A stretch of 64,000 nucleotides of DNA from a virus, in the IMG/VR virus record IMGVR_UViG_3300042197_000370. The stretch is one strand, 5' to 3'. The notes beneath the pieces were generated by a model. It searched no databases. It was not told the DNA's origin and was given only the letters and a program-made list of their open reading frames with translations. Positions 36,764 through 45,421 of the stretch are shown piece by piece. Each line of letters starts with the position of its first letter. Position 1 is the stretch's first letter. Both the position numbers and the translations under genes were made by a program.

Positions 36764-37023
36764 AGAGTTTTGCCAACTGCCTCAAGGACGTTGTTAAGTT
36801 CTTCGTGTTCTTTGTTAGTCTGTCCAAGACTTGCCTTGTGTGCAATACGAATTGCTTTCTTTAATACGCTAGGCTTAACTTCTAACTCTTCGGCAACAGC
36901 CTTGATTGTGTCTGTAAGACCGCCTTGAAGCGTTTCAATTTCATGCATTACTGCCATACCTTCATTGACTAATTGCGTCAACTTAATTTTTGCATCACCT
37001 GTAAATGTACGTGCGTCACTCAT
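36760..37023 (-). CDS. dsbA: T4 DsbA-like double-stranded DNA-binding protein
   Basis: Restarted at MSDAR after AGGAG; IKAVAEELEVKPSVLKKAIRIAHK pattern. Confidence 0.6.
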   Translation of the reverse strand: MSDARTFTGDAKIKLTQLVNEGMAVMHEIETLQGGLTDTIKAVAEELEVKPSVLKKAIRIAHKASLGQTNKEHEELNNVLEAVGKTL

Positions 37024-37051
37024 AATTTTCTCCTGTGTTATTATATAGCGA

Positions 37052-37642
37052 TTACTCTTGTTTCTCAACTAATTTTTTCACCATGGTATGTAAGCCGGGA
37101 TTGACTTGCAACGCCATTGGCAATAGATTATGTCGAATAAGATTGCGGGTATACTTTGTATCTGTGTTACTAGTATCTTCACACCATGATACACCCTTAC
37201 GCTTGCACCAGTCAACGAATTCGGACTTCCTAGTTGTGAGGAACGGGCGCAAGACATTATTACGAAAGCGGGGAATTAGTTTGGGAGTGCCATGCATACA
37301 TGCCCAAAGATAAGTTTCTACTACGTCATCTAAATGATGCCCAGTTACTACATTACCTAATGGTTCTAAAAACTTATATCGCTCGTTTCGCCAAAATTCT
37401 TCTGGGCTTAAGTCATCGGGCTTTTGACTAGTAAGCATTCCTACGAATAAAGGTAGATTTCTATTAGTGCAGAATTTGGTAACAAATTCAAATGCACGTT
37501 CGCTATTCTCAGTGCCATGATGGAAGAACGCACATGTAACTTTGTGCTTTCTACTTAGAAAGTCTGTGATAGCAACACTATCTACTCCACCGCTAAGTGC
37601 AATGGTAATTTCTTTAGGCAAAGGAAAGAGTAACTTGAGCAT
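37052..37642 (-). CDS. tilS: tRNA(Ile)-lysidine synthetase, PP-loop domain only
   Basis: ALSGGVDS, RNERY, TGHHLDD, RPFL, DTSN...RNLIRH. Confidence 0.88.
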   Translation of the reverse strand: MLKLLFPLPKEITIALSGGVDSVAITDFLSRKHKVTCAFFHHGTENSERAFEFVTKFCTNRNLPLFVGMLTSQKPDDLSPEEFWRNERYKFLEPLGNVVTGHHLDDVVETYLWACMHGTPKLIPRFRNNVLRPFLTTRKSEFVDWCKRKGVSWCEDTSNTDTKYTRNLIRHNLLPMALQVNPGLHTMVKKLVEKQE

Positions 37643-37648
37643 TTGAGT

Positions 37649-37677
37649 ATTATATAATCAAACAGATAAAAAAGCAA
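37649..37677 (-). promoter_or_regulatory. Sigma70-type promoter for tilS-dsbA-polB
   Basis: TTGCTT, 17 nt, TATAAT. Confidence 0.6.
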
Positions 37678-37686
37678 ATGAATTGG

Positions 37687-38751
37687 TTAACAATGACGTA
37701 TGTATGTCCAGTCGAACTGAGTTCTAGGATCGACTTCTTTTGGTAATATAGATTTAATTTGGGTAATATCTTCTTTAACCATTTCATTAAATCTATTGAA
37801 ATTGTGTTCCAAATCTAGTTGAATATCGTTAATATATTTGGAATAATTGTCTTTAAAGTATTGGATACAACTTATGACGGCCCTTAACCTTTCATAATCA
37901 TCTACTATTGAATCATAGTCAATAGGCAAATATTCTCTAAATGTTTTAAAACCCAACTCTTCTAAACTTTTTAATGTATTAATACACCCTAAAATTATAA
38001 AAGGATGTTTATTGAGTATTGGTCTAAATGTTTTTTCTGTCAGTGTGGCTGAATGAAAGGCTGTTTCAGACACAATACTGAATGAAGTGTTTGAATATAT
38101 TTTAGGATCGTATGGCCAAGGCGATGATACAATAAAATCTAGGTTTTTAGTAAAAGAACTTCTATGAGGATCCATTGGATCTATATCTAAACTTTTATGG
38201 CAGTAACTGATAAAATTTTCAAATTCATCTTCTGTTAAATGATGTAACAGTTCTTGTCTAATGACTTGTTTACTTTTAGGAGATACAATATAAGACCAGT
38301 CTATGTATGATAACATAGAATTTTTATATAACTCATACATCAGTACGGTTCTAGAAAATCTTTCAATCTTGCCAGGAATATACAATCCTCTGCCAAAATT
38401 GTAATTCCATTGATCACTAATCTTATTTTTATTTTTTCCGTAATATTGATGATAGTATGTCGTCAGTTGCATACCGGAAAATGCTACATTACTGCAAGGA
38501 AATTTATAATTTTTATTTCTTACATTGGTAACTATGCAATAACTTATATTATGAGTTTTAAATTCTTTATCTACTAAAGTCCAATGCTGATCATCACTTT
38601 CAGTATATTTGGAATCTTCACTTATATCATCAAGAACCACACAAATATTTTTATTAGGCTTTGCTTCAAAAATAATTTGCCTTAGGTCTTTTCGTAGTTG
38701 TTGTATATCTAACCTATAATAGTTAAACTGTTTTCTTATAGTATAAACCAT
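37687..38751 (-). CDS. Putative glycosyltransferase-like protein, paralog 2 of 3
   Basis: SIVSET...TEKTFRP...HPFIILG...GFKTF...DYDSIVDDYERL. Confidence 0.6.
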   Translation of the reverse strand: MVYTIRKQFNYYRLDIQQLRKDLRQIIFEAKPNKNICVVLDDISEDSKYTESDDQHWTLVDKEFKTHNISYCIVTNVRNKNYKFPCSNVAFSGMQLTTYYHQYYGKNKNKISDQWNYNFGRGLYIPGKIERFSRTVLMYELYKNSMLSYIDWSYIVSPKSKQVIRQELLHHLTEDEFENFISYCHKSLDIDPMDPHRSSFTKNLDFIVSSPWPYDPKIYSNTSFSIVSETAFHSATLTEKTFRPILNKHPFIILGCINTLKSLEELGFKTFREYLPIDYDSIVDDYERLRAVISCIQYFKDNYSKYINDIQLDLEHNFNRFNEMVKEDITQIKSILPKEVDPRTQFDWTYIRHC

Positions 38752-39344
38752 TATTGAAATATATGTCTGTTCTTTTCACCGTAAATCTTTATATATTTAC
38801 CAGCAAGCATATCAGCCATTGCTTCAATAGGACTGCCAGGGTAACTATCTCCGGGTTTTATCATACCTAATTCACTCTGTCTAACGTGAACTAATTCATG
38901 GAACACTGTTCTAAGTATGTCTACAAGATTTCTATTAGCAGAATATACCCAAACACTATCACTGCCCTCTGTATGTGATCCTGTATGATGCCCTTGTTGT
39001 GCTTCTTGGGTATCCATACTTAATTCAATTTTTGGTATTTTTTGTAGATTTAATTTCTTTGCTGCCCATTTAACGAAATTGTCAACTTCACCTTGTAAGT
39101 CAGGGTCAGTGTTATCAACTTCGTCTAGTTTATTCTTTATCCAACTATCAGGAGTTTTCTTATATTTTCTAACGAATAAATCGTGCAATGCTTTTCCTGT
39201 GATCTTGTGTTTAGCACTAATCTTACGCATTAATTTATCTATGGTGTTGTAATCATGTTTTTCAAGGCTAGGTAGGCGTTTAGCGAGTTCCAACGCAGGC
39301 CCCTCGCTAATTGCATTTTCAGTAATAAAGTCTACAGCCCTCAT
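38751..39344 (-). CDS. Putative internal head protein with HExxH metallopeptidase domain
   Basis: MRAVDFITE start, KLDE boundary, TVFHELVHVRQ and distal E (PIEAMAD). Confidence 0.72.
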   Translation of the reverse strand: MRAVDFITENAISEGPALELAKRLPSLEKHDYNTIDKLMRKISAKHKITGKALHDLFVRKYKKTPDSWIKNKLDEVDNTDPDLQGEVDNFVKWAAKKLNLQKIPKIELSMDTQEAQQGHHTGSHTEGSDSVWVYSANRNLVDILRTVFHELVHVRQSELGMIKPGDSYPGSPIEAMADMLAGKYIKIYGEKNRHIFQ

Positions 39345-39571
39345 TCTAACCCGTAATTGCTAACAGATACAACCTCGTCATCATCCATAGTTGTATGACT
39401 TGTTATTTGTTCTTGTATAAGCCAATTATTGTAGTGTTGGTCGTATACTTCACTAGGAAAGGTTACTTCTTTAAATTTAAAATAATCTTCCATTAATGTA
39501 ACTCTTAGCCAATCATCAAAAGATAAGAAGTCCTTACCCTTAGCAGATTCGTATATGTGTTTAATAGCCAT
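39341..39571 (-). CDS. Hypothetical protein
   Basis: 76 aa ORF downstream of ATAAATA (39597-39591). Confidence 0.65.
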   Translation of the reverse strand: MAIKHIYESAKGKDFLSFDDWLRVTLMEDYFKFKEVTFPSEVYDQHYNNWLIQEQITSHTTMDDDEVVSVSNYGLE

Positions 39572-39593
39572 AGTATTTTTCCCCTATACTTAT

Positions 39594-40262
39594 TTATCTG
39601 ATTTGGTATTCAACTACGTTTGCTAATTCTGCTAAAAACTGCTCTGTAGTTGGTGTTTTGACCCCTGTTATTTGTAAAGTTACTCTAGGATAATGACTAG
39701 CATTTGCTGTGCTATGGGGTAGATTCTGCCAATCAAATGTTGTAACTTCCCCTACTTTCCACATACTGTGTTGATAGTTCCCATAACTCCAAAACTGTCC
39801 AGGTTGCCAATCAGTTAATGCTACTTGGATTCGTATGACACTATCTGGATCATTTGGGTTCCATTTCTCTAGTTTATCTAAATGTAAGTTCCATACTTCG
39901 CCTGGCTTTTGTACGTGTATGCGATTCATGCAATCATCTAACGCAAATAGTTTGCTGACCTCCTGAAGTACTTTAGGTATATCCCAATTAAGATGAGTAA
40001 TTTGATAATCTTTGCCATATCCAAAACGTTCCAAATCATAATCTTCTGCTTCTAATTCTTCTTCGGGTCTTGACTTGCCAACCTGTCCACGAGTTCTCCA
40101 AGTTGCAGGTTTAGCATTCTCTACCATTTGTTCTACATAGTCAGCAATGTCTAATTTAAACTTTCCTAAACGTATTACTTTATCAAAGTTAGGATCGATA
40201 ACATCATTTCTAAAATGATATTTGCTTCTAGGTTTTGTTGTTTCCCAACTACTTTTCATCAT
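39594..40262 (-). CDS. 2OG-Fe(II) dioxygenase (AspH-like double-stranded beta helix)
   Basis: HLD...PHSTAN...PRVTLQ gives HxD..H..R. Confidence 0.75.
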   Translation of the reverse strand: MMKSSWETTKPRSKYHFRNDVIDPNFDKVIRLGKFKLDIADYVEQMVENAKPATWRTRGQVGKSRPEEELEAEDYDLERFGYGKDYQITHLNWDIPKVLQEVSKLFALDDCMNRIHVQKPGEVWNLHLDKLEKWNPNDPDSVIRIQVALTDWQPGQFWSYGNYQHSMWKVGEVTTFDWQNLPHSTANASHYPRVTLQITGVKTPTTEQFLAELANVVEYQIR

Positions 40263-40930
40263 AACACCTTTACATTAATATCTTTAGTTTTATAGTCTTG
40301 TCTATACTTTTCCGGTGGAGGTTCAATTCTACAGAATCCGCAAGTCTCAAGGTTATTGAAAGTAATCAATCCACCCTTCATAGTAAATGTATTATCTAAT
40401 GAGGGCAATGTTCCTAATTTACCGTGCCATGCTTGCATTAGACCTTCATTCTGTCTATCTATGATTTTAGCCATAGTTTTTAAGTCTACATAATATTTAT
40501 CGTATTTTGGGTATGTGATATTAAAATGACCACAACGTACCCACCATCCTAAACAAGCATCATTAGGTCTATGTACTAGTATAACCGGACATTCAGGCCA
40601 TAATTCTTTAAGATACTTTACATTCTCATAATAACTGAATATATGACTCTTTACTATTTTGACCCCAGTGCCGTTAAATGGCTTGTCAAATAGCACCTCA
40701 GCCTGTTCTTTAGTTAATGTTGTCATATCCTCTGGTAAGTCAAATTCCATACCAGGATCAAAATACGCACCAAGATGCATAAGGTGCATTACGCCTCCGT
40801 CTGCATCATGGTGGTATGTTCTTTCGTCACTGTAGTCGCTTCTGTCAATACTTGGACTATAGTAAATGTTTTTTACTACGCTACTCCACTTAGAGCCAGG
40901 AGCGCCTGCTACGAAAATATATTTCATCAT
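40259..40930 (-). CDS. Sulfotransferase-like / P-loop protein
   Basis: IFVAGAPGSKWS (5'-PSB-like), VKSH, VILVHRPND (3'-PB-like). Confidence 0.6.
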   Translation of the reverse strand: MMKYIFVAGAPGSKWSSVVKNIYYSPSIDRSDYSDERTYHHDADGGVMHLMHLGAYFDPGMEFDLPEDMTTLTKEQAEVLFDKPFNGTGVKIVKSHIFSYYENVKYLKELWPECPVILVHRPNDACLGWWVRCGHFNITYPKYDKYYVDLKTMAKIIDRQNEGLMQAWHGKLGTLPSLDNTFTMKGGLITFNNLETCGFCRIEPPPEKYRQDYKTKDINVKVL

Positions 40931-41979
40931 TTAGCCTTTTGTGCGATATCTTCTTTGTAAATAGCATCTTGTTTAACTACGGCAGCAATCCACCATACTA
41001 AATCTTTAAGTGCTTTTTTAGTTAATTGTTTTTCAAGTGTAACCATTGCTTTATTAACATCATCACCTATAACCCATTCGTATTTGCCTGTATCTTTTTC
41101 GATATTGGCAACACTCTCAGGATCCTTAGACATTTCCAACAATGCTTTAACTAACTTATCTCTATTAGGATTGTTCTTGTCAATCCATAGTGATTTCTGT
41201 AATACGTCACGGTAGTTCTTTATTAATAGATAGGCATCGTAAAATTCACCTGAAGGAGCATTTCCCCATCGTTTGGCATATACGTCAGCGAAATGTAGTC
41301 CAGGAAAGTTTGGGTCTGCGACCACCCTCCCTGTCTTAATATCCATAACACCTTGTGAGAACCAATCAACATTTTCTTTAAGTTGTTTTGGATGTTTAAA
41401 GTATGCCGCAGTTGTCTCACGTGTAACATTGAGTTCACCTCGCATATACGCAAGTCTACGTTCGTTACCCTTCATACCCGCAACATAAATGACTTTTTTA
41501 TTGAAACAATCCTGATATTCTCTAACTGTTTTTAACGGGCCACAGATTAACATAGTGATAGCCATTAGATCAGGGTTCATGCCTGATCCTGCACTAAATC
41601 TGACTTCTTTGAACGGATCACTATCAGTTCTACGTCCAACTACGATTGTAAGATTTTGCAATCCTATTGGAGCGTAATCTTTGTAATTGTAATCGACCTT
41701 CTGTAATAAAAAACTTTCAGCATTACCACCATGTGCAACCATAATAGTTTTTGGATCCTTACGTAGTTCATTATGAAATTTGTTGAAACCAGTAACGTCA
41801 TTTATTCCTGGAATATTTTCTATAATGACTTTCTCACCTAACTTCTTTTCAAGTTCTTTGGCTACAATTCTAGCCCATACATCTGTGCCACCGCCCACCT
41901 GTTGCGGAACTATCATACGATAGTCCGCAAAGGCAGAAGTAGCGAACAGCATTGTAAATAACGCTATTAACTTCTTCAT
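40927..41979 (-). CDS. tctC: Tripartite tricarboxylate transporter substrate-binding protein (TctC/Bug)
   Basis: Signal peptide ending AFA; IVPQQVGGGTDVWAR, ENIPG. Confidence 0.8.
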   Translation of the reverse strand: MKKLIALFTMLFATSAFADYRMIVPQQVGGGTDVWARIVAKELEKKLGEKVIIENIPGINDVTGFNKFHNELRKDPKTIMVAHGGNAESFLLQKVDYNYKDYAPIGLQNLTIVVGRRTDSDPFKEVRFSAGSGMNPDLMAITMLICGPLKTVREYQDCFNKKVIYVAGMKGNERRLAYMRGELNVTRETTAAYFKHPKQLKENVDWFSQGVMDIKTGRVVADPNFPGLHFADVYAKRWGNAPSGEFYDAYLLIKNYRDVLQKSLWIDKNNPNRDKLVKALLEMSKDPESVANIEKDTGKYEWVIGDDVNKAMVTLEKQLTKKALKDLVWWIAAVVKQDAIYKEDIAQKAK

Positions 41980-41989
41980 TTAGTTCTCC

Positions 41990-42547
41990 TTAGAATAATC
42001 TCTTTTCGATTGAAATGCCATAACGATCACGCTTGACTCCGTTACCAAAGTCAAAATAATCATACTTAACATTTACTGCCCAACGCGGGTCTAACTTGTA
42101 CTTTACTGCAACTCTTGGTCCTTCGTAGTAGTCAACATCTCTTCCACCAAAACCTTCACGATATGCATAACCTAATTTAACTTGAACGTTATCAGTTACT
42201 TTGTATTTTACGCCTGCTTCTGCCTGCCAAAATTCTGTACTAGGCTTAAGGCTTTGATGCTTTTGTCCAACAGCAGTATTAACATAGAACATGTTATAGT
42301 CATAGTTTAATTTAACCATATAACGATTAGTCACACGACTATCTTGTTCACGTTCAACATTTCTAAAACCCAAACCCCAAGTAAAGTTTTTGTTAAGTTT
42401 AGTCTGCCAGTCTACTGACAATGCATATTGGTCATTGGTAGTATTTCGTTGGTCATCAAAGCGATAACCTAACTCAATCTTATCTTCTGCGTATGCTGCC
42501 GTACCTGCAGCCATAAGTGCTAAAATAGCAATCATCTTCTTAAACAT
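41990..42547 (-). CDS. Small outer-membrane beta-barrel protein
   Basis: Signal peptide ending AYA; alternating aromatic beta strands; C-terminal Phe (KRLF). Confidence 0.7.
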   Translation of the reverse strand: MFKKMIAILALMAAGTAAYAEDKIELGYRFDDQRNTTNDQYALSVDWQTKLNKNFTWGLGFRNVEREQDSRVTNRYMVKLNYDYNMFYVNTAVGQKHQSLKPSTEFWQAEAGVKYKVTDNVQVKLGYAYREGFGGRDVDYYEGPRVAVKYKLDPRWAVNVKYDYFDFGNGVKRDRYGISIEKRLF

Positions 42548-43991
42548 ATTTTATCCTCGTTTTGTTGAAAAATACGCCGTATATAATGGCTACGAACGTC
42601 AGAGCCATTAATGATCCACTGATGGGTCGTGTAAAAATATCAGTAAAATCATATAACTTACTGTATTGTAAGAAAGTACCTTCAAGTCTATCTGCCAATA
42701 CATATCCTATAACAAGTGCTGCCCTACTAAATTTGTACTTGCGTAATGCAAGACCAAAAGCGCAACACATTGCAAAGAAAACATAATCTTCCCAGTAGCC
42801 AGTATATTGTACGCTACTCCAAACTAATAATGCCATTACAGGCCAAAAATAATAACTGAACGGCAAGTTAGTTATGCGAACTGCATAACGTATAAAAAAT
42901 AATCCTAATACAAAACTTAATAGCAGACTCCACATGTAACTACTTGCTAAGTTATCAAAGAACGATAAGTCATTCAATAAAGATGGAGAACCTAGTTCAA
43001 TACCTACTAATAAAAATAGTGCAATGATAATTGCTTCAAAAGGCGCACCGGGTATACCAAACAACACAGTAGGAACATAACTTGTTGCTTTCTGTGCATT
43101 GTTTGCACCCTCACAACCTATTACACCCTTGACGTTACCATCACCAAATACAATCTTTTCATTTTTGTTTAGTGCAACTGTTTGTCCATATGCTAACCAA
43201 TCTGCAACACTGCCACCTATACCGGGTATCACACCTACAATTGCACCGATGAGTCCACCTCGTAGTCCGTCCCATTTATGTACCCAACTATCTACAAATC
43301 CTTGCCATATTTGTTGCCATTCTGTTTTAATATTTTGTATTCTTTCTTGTGTATGTCTATTTTGATATGCTTCTAATAGTTCAGGTATTGCTAACACACC
43401 GGCAAGTAATGGAGCAAGTTGTATACCGCCACCTAGATAGTCCCAACCAAATGTCCAACGTTCTGCGCCTGTTATTGGATTCTGTCCTACTAACCCCAAG
43501 AATACACCTAGTGCTAACGCTAATATACCTCTGAACCAATACTTGTTATTGATAAAGCAAACACTAGCAAACGCTAATAGTAGAAACGACAATATTTCAG
43601 GTATTCCAAACTTTAATATCAATGGAGCATAGTAAGGCAAGAACATAAAAACTAATGCCCCCCATAGTATACCATTAACAGTACTTGTGCTTAGTGCGGC
43701 TCCTAATGCTCTTGCAGCCTCACCCCTTTTAGTCATGGGGAATCCATCTACCATAGTGGCAGCACTTCCACTTGCTCCGGGTATGTTCATAACTACGCTA
43801 GCAAAACTATCTCCTATCGTGGCTGCTACAACAAGTGATGTAGTGAATACTACTAATGAATATGGTTCAGCACGAAAAATGTCTAAAAACCCAAATATTG
43901 TGATAAGACCTACGCCTGCGCCTGCTACGGGTATAATACCAAATAAAAACCCATAAAGTGTGCCTAAAATTAATGAGACTATGTATTCCAT
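42540..43991 (-). CDS. tctA: Tripartite tricarboxylate transporter large membrane subunit (TctA)
   Basis: Restarted at MEYIVSL; IPGASGSAATMVDGFPM, GVIPGIGG, GIPGAP; about 12 TM segments. Confidence 0.88.
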   Translation of the reverse strand: MEYIVSLILGTLYGFLFGIIPVAGAGVGLITIFGFLDIFRAEPYSLVVFTTSLVVAATIGDSFASVVMNIPGASGSAATMVDGFPMTKRGEAARALGAALSTSTVNGILWGALVFMFLPYYAPLILKFGIPEILSFLLLAFASVCFINNKYWFRGILALALGVFLGLVGQNPITGAERWTFGWDYLGGGIQLAPLLAGVLAIPELLEAYQNRHTQERIQNIKTEWQQIWQGFVDSWVHKWDGLRGGLIGAIVGVIPGIGGSVADWLAYGQTVALNKNEKIVFGDGNVKGVIGCEGANNAQKATSYVPTVLFGIPGAPFEAIIIALFLLVGIELGSPSLLNDLSFFDNLASSYMWSLLLSFVLGLFFIRYAVRITNLPFSYYFWPVMALLVWSSVQYTGYWEDYVFFAMCCAFGLALRKYKFSRAALVIGYVLADRLEGTFLQYSKLYDFTDIFTRPISGSLMALTFVAIIYGVFFNKTRIKYV

Positions 43992-44014
43992 GATAAGTAA
44001 TGTACTGAGAAAGA

Positions 44015-44021
44015 TATTTAT
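44015..44021 (-). promoter_or_regulatory. T4-type late promoter for the tctA operon
   Basis: ATAAATA in the divergent gap, 23 nt upstream of the tctA ATG. Confidence 0.55.
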
Positions 44022-44061
44022 CCCAATCAGAGAAAAATTTTTAATTTTGAGAAAATTTATT

Positions 44062-44796
44062 ATGAATACTAAAATTTTTAAACTAGTTATAAAAAATTTG
44101 CGTGAATCATTCAATTTACCTAAGTATGCTACACTTTCTAGGGACATAAGCGAATTTACTATAGTAAAAGAACTACCTTGGACTCCTGCACGATTTGACA
44201 AGTTCAAGCATAAAATAGAACAGACATTAGACTTGCCTACTGATTTAAACGGATCCGTTAAAGATATTGTCGATGACTTAGACGTACGGTACTCAGGAAG
44301 ATTCTTCGGTGAGATATGGAAACCCAGCACAGAAAAATATAGTTACACAGGCTGGCAACTTGTTGAAGAAGTAAACAAGTTAAAACCACGTGCAGTATTA
44401 GATGTGGGTTGTGGATACAATCAATTTAAAGACCGTATCCCAAATCTTGTAGGTATCGATCCATACAATAACTGTGCTGACTATCAAGTTGACATACTTG
44501 AGTTTGCCGCAGTAGCAGGAAGTTTTGATGCTATCATAGCATTGGGTTCAATTAATTTTAACAGTAAAGAAGATATTGAACAACGACTAGCCAATTGTGT
44601 TAAACTGTTAGCAGATAAAGGTAAGATGTTCTTTAGAGTTAACCCTGGTATTCAACATGAAAAGGGACCATGGGTTGATGTTTTCCCATGGTCGTTTGAG
44701 ATAGCACACGAATTTGCTAAAAAATTCAATCTACATTTAGAAACCTTTAAGAAAGATGCCAATAATAGATTGTATTTTGTTTATAGCAAAGTCTAA
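44062..44796 (+). CDS. SAM-dependent methyltransferase with an ACP-like N-terminal helical domain
   Basis: Restarted at MNTKIF; VLDVGCGYN motif I; first 75 aa follow acyl-carrier helix spacing but lack the DSL serine. Confidence 0.75.
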   Translation: MNTKIFKLVIKNLRESFNLPKYATLSRDISEFTIVKELPWTPARFDKFKHKIEQTLDLPTDLNGSVKDIVDDLDVRYSGRFFGEIWKPSTEKYSYTGWQLVEEVNKLKPRAVLDVGCGYNQFKDRIPNLVGIDPYNNCADYQVDILEFAAVAGSFDAIIALGSINFNSKEDIEQRLANCVKLLADKGKMFFRVNPGIQHEKGPWVDVFPWSFEIAHEFAKKFNLHLETFKKDANNRLYFVYSKV

Positions 44797-45417
44797 TTAC
44801 TTGTTAGCAAGCGGATTGTCAAGAGCCTTTTTAATCTTTTCATCCACTTCTTTGCGAGTAGCCTTAAGTTGATTATCAAGTTCTCTTTGTGATGCTTTTA
44901 TAGAGTTGTCCACACTTCTCATGTTAGCATCCATATCTTTACGAACTGCTCTCATTTCTGCTTGTGCATCTTTGATTGCAACATCAGTTTCACGTTGACT
45001 TTGTTTCGCACTACGCTCGACTGCTTCGACTACACCTTCTAATCTACGTATATCATTCTTTAAATCATTTTTGATATCTCTAGTATATTCTGCACTCTTG
45101 CTTACACTATCTTCGATTGACTGTTGAGCCTTAGCATTACCTTCTTCCAATACGGCAAGTCTCTTATCAAATGCTGATAAATCCGGACTTACATATTTGG
45201 CAATCTTATCTTTCATGCTCATGTAGTCTTTGTAAACTTCAAATGCTCCGTATAATCCACCTAATGTTGTAGATACAATTGTAGCCGCAACCATTAATTT
45301 AGCAGGTGTAAATTCATATCCACCAATACTAATTAAGGTGTCTTTACTAGCGTACTTTTTAGTCGCTGCCTCTAACTCATCGACCTTTTTGTTTAGGTCT
45401 ACTTTTTCTTCTGCCAT
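44797..45417 (-). CDS. Membrane-anchored coiled-coil protein
   Basis: One TM segment then long heptad repeats. Confidence 0.8.
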   Translation of the reverse strand: MAEEKVDLNKKVDELEAATKKYASKDTLISIGGYEFTPAKLMVAATIVSTTLGGLYGAFEVYKDYMSMKDKIAKYVSPDLSAFDKRLAVLEEGNAKAQQSIEDSVSKSAEYTRDIKNDLKNDIRRLEGVVEAVERSAKQSQRETDVAIKDAQAEMRAVRKDMDANMRSVDNSIKASQRELDNQLKATRKEVDEKIKKALDNPLANK

Positions 45418-45421
45418 TTTT

